Shown: positions 1-5,130 of the stretch, in pieces
How the letters are laid out: each line of letters begins with the position of its first letter
Position numbering within the stretch: the stretch's first letter is position 1
IMG/VR virus record: IMGVR_UViG_2534682252_000027
Coordinates: 1-5,329 of that record
Source: a virus
Taxonomy: Duplodnaviria > Heunggongvirae > Uroviricota > Caudoviricetes
Strand: one strand, 5' to 3'
DNA length: 5,329 nucleotides
Made by a program: the position numbers and the translations under genes
Notes under the pieces: generated by a model
Told to the model about the DNA's origin: nothing
What the model saw: only the letters and a program-made list of their open reading frames with translations
Database searches by the model: none

Positions 1-200
1 GCCTTACGCCGGTCTTCTTTAATCTTGAAATACAGGTTCGTCAGATATGTCAGCAGCCCAAACAGCAGACTCCCCAGCACGCCTATTGCCGCCCACTGAG
101 ACGGGGAAACCCTGTCCAGCAACTGCAGGAACCAGTAGCCCGTTCCCACCGCTGACGTGGTGTATGACACACCTGTTGTGATTTTTTCCATCTGGTACAT
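1..200 (-). CDS. S: Class II holin (pinholin) S, S21/933W-like; start present, 3' end runs off the window
   Basis: Minus-strand translation from ATG at 198-200 gives [66 protein letters not shown]..., with two hydrophobic segments and the [13 protein letters not shown] motif I recall from phage 21 S21 / 933W S. Second in-frame ATG at 189-191 (dual-start pattern). GGAG Shine-Dalgarno in GGGAGACGGGGT just upstream. The track ORF 19..216 is a different frame of the same DNA. Confidence 0.85.
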   Translation of the reverse strand, partial: MYQMEKITTGVSYTTSAVGTGYWFLQLLDRVSPSQWAAIGVLGSLLFGLLTYLTNLYFKIKEDRRK

Positions 201-234
201 ACCCCGTCTCCCGCAATCCGGAAGCTCACAACAT

Positions 235-265
235 GAAAAAGGCCAGCAGCTGTTTACTGATGGCC
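235..265 (-). terminator. Putative intrinsic terminator between the 90-aa ORF and the holin gene
   Basis: Minus-strand RNA GGCCAUCAG-UAAACAG-CUGCUGGCC (9-bp stem with one mismatch, 7-nt loop) followed by UUUUUC. On the plus strand the same hairpin has no downstream T-run. Confidence 0.45.
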
Positions 266-276
266 CTGACTCCCCG

Positions 277-549
277 TTACAGCATCATGACCGATTCGGG
301 TTGAGGTTCAGTCGCATCGGCGACCGGTGATTCAGGCTGAACTTCACCGCTCTCTGCGGTGGTATCTCCCGCTTCAGTCGGTGGCTCTGCCTGTACACCA
401 AGCAGTTCATCCAGAATGGCATCCACTTCTGCATCAAGACGCGCTTCCAGGTTATGGCGAAGTTTCTGTTTCAGTGCGCTCCGGACTTCTTCAGAGCGCA
501 GGACGTCCTTCACTGCCTCTGCAGTGACCAGGGATGTAATTTCTGACAT
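277..549 (-). CDS. Hypothetical 90-aa acidic protein ([30 protein letters not shown]..., Glu/Asp/Pro-rich C-terminus)
   Basis: ATG at 547-549, stop TAA at 277-279. Protein-like composition with a predicted amphipathic helical N-terminal half and an acidic tail, and E. coli-like codon choice (CTG, GAA). The track's longer 148-aa version (GTG at 721-723) adds an Arg/Pro/Ser/Gly-rich N-terminus that looks like out-of-frame translation. Only a weak SD (GAGAAAA). Confidence 0.5.
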   Translation of the reverse strand: MSEITSLVTAEAVKDVLRSEEVRSALKQKLRHNLEARLDAEVDAILDELLGVQAEPPTEAGDTTAESGEVQPESPVADATEPQPESVMML

Positions 550-589
550 GGGATTTTCTCGTCGAAAGGTGTGATTAAGAAAGTTGCCG

Positions 590-769
590 CTAAATGAGCG
601 GCTCTTCGGGTTTGCTTCCGGCTGACTGACTGGCGCTGATTTTCTCAGCGGCCCTTTTGTCAATCTGTCTGCGCCAGAAGTCACGCATGGCCCTGTACCC
701 ACCCGAAAGGAGATACAGCACACAGACCACCGTACAGAAGTACAGCATTAACTGGTTCAGAAATGTCAT
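590..769 (-). CDS. Hypothetical 59-aa small membrane protein (MTFLNQLMLYFCTVVCVLYLLSGGYRAMRDFWRRQIDKRAAEKISASQSAGSKPEEPLI)
   Basis: ATG at 767-769 preceded by GGAAAG (ACGGAAAGAAATTATG); stop TAG at 590-592. One hydrophobic helix followed by a basic then acidic tail. Below the 60-aa cutoff of the ORF track, so found by hand translation. It overlaps the implausible N-terminal extension of ORF 277..723 in another frame. Confidence 0.4.
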   Translation of the reverse strand: MTFLNQLMLYFCTVVCVLYLLSGGYRAMRDFWRRQIDKRAAEKISASQSAGSKPEEPLI

Positions 770-866
770 AATTTCTTTCCGTTATTGTTGACAATAAGAA
801 CTGTTTTCATTAAAAACCAGAGTACGAAAGTATCGTTCCTTTATTTTTTCTCCATAGGTATCACCA

Positions 867-902
867 CCGCCAGCGTCCATTCCTGTCGCTGGCGGTTTTT
901 TT
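867..902 (+). terminator. Strong plus-strand rho-independent terminator abutting the nanS-p stop codon
   Basis: CCGCCAGCG (867-875) / loop tccattcctgt / CGCTGGCGG (887-895), a 9-bp GC-rich stem followed by seven T (896-902). On the minus strand the hairpin is preceded by A7 and followed by UGGUGAUACC, so it is not a good minus-strand terminator. Confidence 0.55.
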
Positions 903-903
903 A

Positions 904-2841
904 TCATGCCGCAGTGTCTGTGCTGTTCACTTCCACCGCAATGCTGTCTATCAGTACCGGGTAAGTCGCACCTCTGGTAATGTCTGTCACATGCAGTTTA
1001 TCCGCCGCAAAGGCACTGACCGGTGACTGCGTCAGCGTGAACGGTGTGCCATCCTGACCATCAATAACCGGCGTCACCTGCAGGCTGTTATTCCCGGCAA
1101 AGCGGAAAGCCAGCGTATGCCATTCGTTATCAAATGCGCCAAAGGTTCCCAGTTTCAGGTTGTTTGTCGCCACTTTCGCATTGTGGTACATCACATTCAG
1201 GTCTTTTGCATCTGTCTGGATGTAGAACGCTGCCAGCAGGTTATTCCCCCCGTCTCCGGTCAGGGCAACGCCCTGTGGCAGTGAAGATACCGGCCAGTAA
1301 AACGCCATAACATACTGGTTCGCAGCCAGCGCTCCCGAAACCTTAAAGCGGCAGCGAATCTGCCCCCCTTTCTGTAACAGAGCCGCACCGTTGCCCGCGG
1401 CGTACTCCAGCACCCAGCTGCTTTTACCGGCTTCCTTGGTCAGCTTCACTGCCTTACCTCCGGTTCCCTCCGCATCGCTGACCACTTCTGCCCTGCCGCC
1501 ACTGGCTGACCATCCCTGTACTTTCAGGCTTCCCTCTGACTCGCTGGCAAGGTAAGAGAGCAGTGTTGTGACGCCTGTGGCTTCTGCACCGGAAGGCGAT
1601 GACGGGCGCACCTCTGATACTGTCGATGATGCCCCCGCGTTTAGCGCCACTCTTCCCGCATGGCGCAAAATCGCCGTTGCCAGACGGTCGGAAATAATCC
1701 CGCGGCGAGCCCATGAACTGAAATGGCTCGCCCTGTCCTGTGACGTCCAGGTGGCTGAGCTGTCACGCCATTTCGAACCGTAATATCCGATACCCGGAAT
1801 GTCCGGGTCTTCTTCCGGTTTGTTCGTCGGCACATTCACCCCGTTCTCATCCGTCATGAACGGTACGAAATGGATATTCTTTTCCGTTTTGTTTTTATAG
1901 CTGCCATACACCGTCTGGTACGTGGATTCGTTCTTCTGCTTCCAGAAATACGTCGTGTCCCCGCATATCCAGGGAACACCGCCAGCAGAGCCACCGACGC
2001 ACTGGCCTGCCATATCCGCCAGGTCTGCACGGAATTTATCAACCAGCGCACCAAACTGTGCGGCGTGATTTACCGGCGTACCGCCAAAATCAAATTCCCC
2101 CTGCATCCACACCACGGCAAACAGCACATTTTTCGGATTCTTCTTCAGTGCTGCTTTTGTTCGACCGATAAGGTCCTTATACAGCGGCTTGTCCACACCC
2201 CAGCGGGTTGAATTCTCCGAGGCACCACTCGCGTCACTGTATGTGCCATCGGCTCCGGTGGTGAACGCTGAACCACCACGACAGCACGGAACCAGCAGAA
2301 TGCCCGCATTCGCCGGTATAAACGGCAGCAGTTTTTTGGCGATATGCAGCCCTTGCCCCACGGTTCCGTACTGCCCCTTTGACAGGTCCGCTTTCGGATG
2401 GTTAAGGCGGCTCATGTCCTGCACATCATGCAGACAATGGTCCGCCGGAATGATGTCGTTATATTTACAGGCGACACCGCCCGGTGTCACCGTACTGCGA
2501 CGCGCTAACTGTTTAATACGTGGATCAGGGCTGTCGAATGTATCCGGCAATGGCAGTCCCTCACCGTATGACATACCATTGGACTGACCAGCAAGCGCGA
2601 TCACATAGTAATATTCTGGCGCAACAGAAGGCGCTGAGGTCGTCGGACGGTTGCCTGGCTCCTCTGGTGATGAGATGCTCCCCTCACTCACAACTGGCTG
2701 GATGAACTCCGCACCATAACCAGCTGTCGAAATCAGCGCACTACCATAAGGCTGCCACCCTTCCTTCAGTTTTTGAGTTATTCGTTTCGCAAGGTCTGAC
2801 GGCGACGCCGCCCTGACAACATCATAGTGTTTAAATGCCAT
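904..2841 (-). CDS. nanS: Prophage-encoded sialate (9-O-acetyl-N-acetylneuraminic acid) O-acetylesterase, NanS-p type; N-terminal DUF1737-like region + SASA/SGNH esterase domain + C-terminal domain
   Basis: 645-aa ORF with ATG at 2839-2841 preceded by GGGAGGA; double stop TGATAA. N-terminus MAFKHYDVVRAASPSDLAKRITQKLKEGWQPYG and esterase motif YYYVIALAGQSNGMSYG (catalytic Ser in GQSN) match my recollection of the 645-aa NanS-p proteins found downstream of stx in Stx phages such as 933W. Position upstream of the lysis cassette is the same. Confidence 0.9.
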   Translation of the reverse strand: MAFKHYDVVRAASPSDLAKRITQKLKEGWQPYGSALISTAGYGAEFIQPVVSEGSISSPEEPGNRPTTSAPSVAPEYYYVIALAGQSNGMSYGEGLPLPDTFDSPDPRIKQLARRSTVTPGGVACKYNDIIPADHCLHDVQDMSRLNHPKADLSKGQYGTVGQGLHIAKKLLPFIPANAGILLVPCCRGGSAFTTGADGTYSDASGASENSTRWGVDKPLYKDLIGRTKAALKKNPKNVLFAVVWMQGEFDFGGTPVNHAAQFGALVDKFRADLADMAGQCVGGSAGGVPWICGDTTYFWKQKNESTYQTVYGSYKNKTEKNIHFVPFMTDENGVNVPTNKPEEDPDIPGIGYYGSKWRDSSATWTSQDRASHFSSWARRGIISDRLATAILRHAGRVALNAGASSTVSEVRPSSPSGAEATGVTTLLSYLASESEGSLKVQGWSASGGRAEVVSDAEGTGGKAVKLTKEAGKSSWVLEYAAGNGAALLQKGGQIRCRFKVSGALAANQYVMAFYWPVSSLPQGVALTGDGGNNLLAAFYIQTDAKDLNVMYHNAKVATNNLKLGTFGAFDNEWHTLAFRFAGNNSLQVTPVIDGQDGTPFTLTQSPVSAFAADKLHVTDITRGATYPVLIDSIAVEVNSTDTAA

Positions 2842-3034
2842 GAATCCTCCCGGCCGGGATAATATTGTGAGTAAAATAAGGAGCGGGCTGAAGTCCGGAA
2901 GTTACAGGACAATGGCAGAAGGGAGACTACAGCCCGCAATTCGAAAAAGGTCGCGCAGTTGCGCAGAGTGATTACTATAGGGTATTATTCGCCAGCTGAA
3001 ATATTACTTCACGTTTCATTGTTTATTCCTTGCC

Positions 3035-3062
3035 GCCCGCGTCTCCCAGCGCGGGCTTTTTT
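3035..3062 (+). terminator. Plus-strand rho-independent terminator
   Basis: GCCCGCG (3035-3041) / loop tctcccag / CGCGGGC (3050-3056), a 7-bp all-GC stem followed by TTTTTT (3057-3062). No U-run follows it on the minus strand. Confidence 0.55.
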
Positions 3063-3066
3063 GTCC

Positions 3067-3093
3067 ATAAGAAAGCCCCTCCGGAGAGGGGCT
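3067..3093 (-). terminator. Minus-strand intrinsic terminator, convergent with the 3035-3062 terminator
   Basis: Minus-strand RNA AGCCCCUC-UCCG-GAGGGGCU (8-bp stem, 4-nt loop; plus coordinates 3074-3093) followed by UUCUUAU (3067-3073). Confidence 0.45.
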
Positions 3094-3510
3094 GGAGAGT
3101 GGCGCTATGTGCCATTGCATGGTGCCGGGTGCCTCCCGGTGAATTCAGTATCAGCACCTGAATCCGCGATTATCACATATACCTGGTTGCTGATTGCCCC
3201 TCCGCACAGGGGGATTCACCATGCAGTAGTATTTTTAATAAACAGTAAACAAAAAAATCAAGCATTATGCAGGCTGTTTCTTTTTATCACCGGCCACAGC
3301 AATACCACAATGCCGCAGACCAGAGCGCCATCAGTCAGTACCAACATTATCCTGCTGGTGAAATCCATCATCACCATCACTAAAAGCAGGATCACAACAG
3401 CAAGCAGACACAGTTTATAAAACAATGTTCAGAAAACGCATTCAGCATGCCTAAGGTTCTATTCCTACGAATAGCCAACTTGCAACTTAAAATATTATTT
3501 ATGCAGCCAA

Positions 3511-4269
3511 TTAAATTCTGGTCCTTACAATATCAACCTGAAGATTCTTATCTTGTGCTGATTGATAAATCACAAACCTTTTACTACCTGCATTGAAAGA
3601 AGTAGACAAAACCAGACAATTATCATAACGAGCAAGAACATAATACCAACCATCATTATAATTAATCATTTCATATTCTTTCTTAAACTGTGGTTTGTAA
3701 TATCCTGTCAGAAATGAAAAAAGCCAGAAATATGCCACAAAAGCAATCATCACAATCTCAAAAAAATGCTTTTTTATAAATGGCTTATCATAGAAGCATG
3801 ATACCGATAAAAATCGCCCATAAGATCTTATCGAAGTTGTAACCGCCAGCGCAATCGCTGCTGACAGTAGCAAAAGAGGTACCTGAATCTTCTGTCTCAA
3901 TATAGAAAACTCAATAATTGCCGGCACAAACAATAATTCCACAGCAAAATAAAGGCGAAATACATTTAGCTCTTGCATAGAATGTTTTCTTTTCACTGCG
4001 AAAAAGAATACAACACCAATACCCCAACCGATAAGAAATATAGCAATGACGATAACTGCAAAAAATAAACTTCTGGCAACATCATCAACACCTGCACCTA
4101 CAATCCACCATGGGAAGCCGTAGTAAAAAGAAGTACCCCATCCATAGAAATAAGCACTCCCCCATCCAAGGCATCCCATGTAGGCAATAAAAAGTGAAGA
4201 ACTCCTGAGCAGCGCACCATCCTTCATAACCACCCCAATACAAGATGATAACATTGGCTTACAACTCAT
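3511..4269 (-). CDS. Hypothetical AT-rich polytopic inner-membrane protein (~5 predicted TM helices + ~60-aa hydrophilic C-terminal tail); family not recognised; cargo (moron) gene in the Q-to-lysis slot
   Basis: Longest ORF is 252 aa from ATG 4267-4269, which has no SD. The in-frame ATG at 4225-4227 (Met15) follows GGGGTGG and is the more likely start (238 aa). Hydrophobic stretches: LFIAYMGCLGWG, LFFAVIVIAIFLIGWGIGVVFFFAV, VFRLYFAVELLFVPAIIEFSIL, VPLLLLSAAIALAVTTSI, FFEIVMIAFVAYFWLFSFLTG. Hand-counted 60-nt samples are about 32-33% G+C, against about 47-65% in nanS-p samples. It lies immediately downstream of the lambda-like late promoter. Confidence 0.75.
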   Translation of the reverse strand: MSCKPMLSSCIGVVMKDGALLRSSSLFIAYMGCLGWGSAYFYGWGTSFYYGFPWWIVGAGVDDVARSLFFAVIVIAIFLIGWGIGVVFFFAVKRKHSMQELNVFRLYFAVELLFVPAIIEFSILRQKIQVPLLLLSAAIALAVTTSIRSYGRFLSVSCFYDKPFIKKHFFEIVMIAFVAYFWLFSFLTGYYKPQFKKEYEMINYNDGWYYVLARYDNCLVLSTSFNAGSKRFVIYQSAQDKNLQVDIVRTRI

Positions 4270-4429
4270 AACAAAAGCAATTCAATGCCGTCAAGAGGTT
4301 ACAGGCTAAAAAAACTCTATTACATTGCAGTCAGCATGTTTACTACACAAATACAATTCAGAGCATAAAAACTACTCGGCGGCAGGTTATTGAGACTCAT
4401 CAATGACATGTAAAAAACGCCCATTATTG

Positions 4430-4470
4430 GTGTCAAGTTTCCCCAAAGTTATTCAAAAAGTCAATATTAT
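4430..4470 (-). promoter_or_regulatory. Lambda-like late promoter pR' with presumed Q-utilisation (qut) region
   Basis: Minus strand TTGACT (4459-4464) - 17 bp TTTTGAATAACTTTGGG - GAAACT (4436-4441) - TGACACCAATAATGGG. This aligns with lambda pR' as I recall it (TTGACT TATTGAATAAAATTGGG TAAATT TGACTCAACGATGGG). It sits about 45 bp after the Q stop, as in lambda. The -10 hexamer is diverged. Confidence 0.5.
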
Positions 4471-4506
4471 GCCGTTAATATGTTGCCATCCGTGGCAATC
4501 ATGGCG

Positions 4507-5130
4507 CTAACGTGTGATCGCATTCAAAATGTTGTCTGCGATTGACTCTTCCTTGTGGCATTGCACAACCAGAGCGTCATACAGCGGCTTAACAGTGCGT
4601 GACCAGGTGGGTTGGGTAAGGTTTGGGATTAGCATCGTCACAGCGCGATATGCGGCGCTTGCTGGCATTCTTGAATAACCGACGCCTTTACATCTTCCGC
4701 ACTCTTTCTCAGCAACTATCCCCCACTGCTCTGTTTTGGCTATATCAACCGCACGGCCTGTACCGTGGCAATCTCTGCATCTTGCGCCCGGCGTAGCGGC
4801 ACTACGGCAATAATCCGCATAAGCGAATGTTGCGAGCACTTGCAGTACCTTTGCCTTAGTATTTCCTTCAAGCTTTGCCACGCCACGGTATTTCCCCGAT
4901 ACCTTGTGTGCAAATTGCATCAGATAGTTGATAGCCTTTTGTTTGTCGTTCTGGCTTAGTTCATGCTTACCGCAGAATGCAGCCATTCCGAATCCGGCTT
5001 GTGATTGCGCCATCCCCATAGCAGCCATCACATCAGTACCGGAAAGAGAGTCAGAAGCCGTGGCCCGTGGTGAGTCGCTCATCATCGGGCTTTTTGGCGA
5101 ATGAAATTTAGCTACGCTTTCGAGTCTCAT
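4507..5130 (-). CDS. Q: Late-gene antitermination protein Q (lambda-type)
   Basis: 207 aa, [44 protein letters not shown]...[12 protein letters not shown]...[21 protein letters not shown]...[13 protein letters not shown]. Near-identical over its full length to lambda Q as I recall it, including the Cys-rich zinc-binding motifs. ATG at 5128-5130, stop TAG at 4507-4509. Confidence 0.93.
   Translation of the reverse strand: MRLESVAKFHSPKSPMMSDSPRATASDSLSGTDVMAAMGMAQSQAGFGMAAFCGKHELSQNDKQKAINYLMQFAHKVSGKYRGVAKLEGNTKAKVLQVLATFAYADYCRSAATPGARCRDCHGTGRAVDIAKTEQWGIVAEKECGRCKGVGYSRMPASAAYRAVTMLIPNLTQPTWSRTVKPLYDALVVQCHKEESIADNILNAITR

Noticed and set aside
19-216. 65-aa minus-strand ORF from the six-frame track
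   Set aside because: It is an alternative frame of the holin DNA, and its product (Gly/Pro/Arg-rich) is not protein-like. The holin frame starting at 200 gives a clean S21-type sequence.
327-574. Plus-strand ORFs 327..527 and 359..574
   Set aside because: They are antisense to the 90-aa ORF, with low-complexity Ser/Arg/Leu-rich products and no RBS.
550-723. N-terminal 58 residues of the 148-aa ORF 277..723
   Set aside because: It starts at GTG with no RBS, and the extension (MCCISFRVGTGPCVTSGADRLTKGPLRK...) has out-of-frame composition. It overlaps the better-supported 59-aa ORF in another frame. The real gene most likely starts at ATG 547-549.
1454-2705. Short ORFs on both strands inside nanS-p (1454..1714, 1568..1783, 1641..1835, 1854..2054, 1870..2211, 2189..2587, 2520..2705)
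   Set aside because: All are embedded in, or antisense to, the well-supported 645-aa esterase gene. Their products are Arg/Cys/Pro-rich and typical of off-frame translation of GC-rich coding DNA.
2850-2964. Short GC palindromes upstream of nanS-p (CCCGGCCGGG at 2850-2859; GCGCAGTTGCGC at 2953-2964)
   Set aside because: With 5-bp arms these are expected by chance several times in 5 kb. There is no flanking promoter or repeat context to support an operator call.
2982-3026. 14-aa minus-strand micro-ORF (MKREVIFQLANNTL) with an AAGGA RBS
   Set aside because: Too short and unsupported. It lies between terminators and is more likely chance.
3120-3146. tRNA-like 3' end (stem-loop followed by CACCA on the minus strand)
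   Set aside because: The loop is 5 nt rather than a 7-nt T-loop, there is no GTTCGAATC-like motif, and I cannot build an acceptor stem or anticodon arm. I do not think a tRNA is present.
2959-3420. 153-aa plus-strand ORF
   Set aside because: It starts at TTG, reads straight through two intrinsic terminators and the hairpin-rich segment, and its product is Arg/Pro/His-rich low complexity. Not a credible gene.
3511-4269. Possible CPBP/Abi (CAAX-protease-like) membership of the membrane protein
   Set aside because: There is an ExxxxR (EFSILR) and an FxxxH (FIKKH), but no EExxxR and no downstream HxxxN/D, and the spacing does not match the family. This is too weak to assert without a profile search.
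2842-4506. Shiga toxin genes, tRNA genes, CRISPR arrays
   Set aside because: No stxA/stxB-like ORFs, no cloverleaf candidates and no spaced direct repeats were seen. The cargo slot holds only the membrane-protein gene.
4765-4959. 64-aa plus-strand ORF
   Set aside because: It is antisense to Q, which is near-identical to lambda Q.
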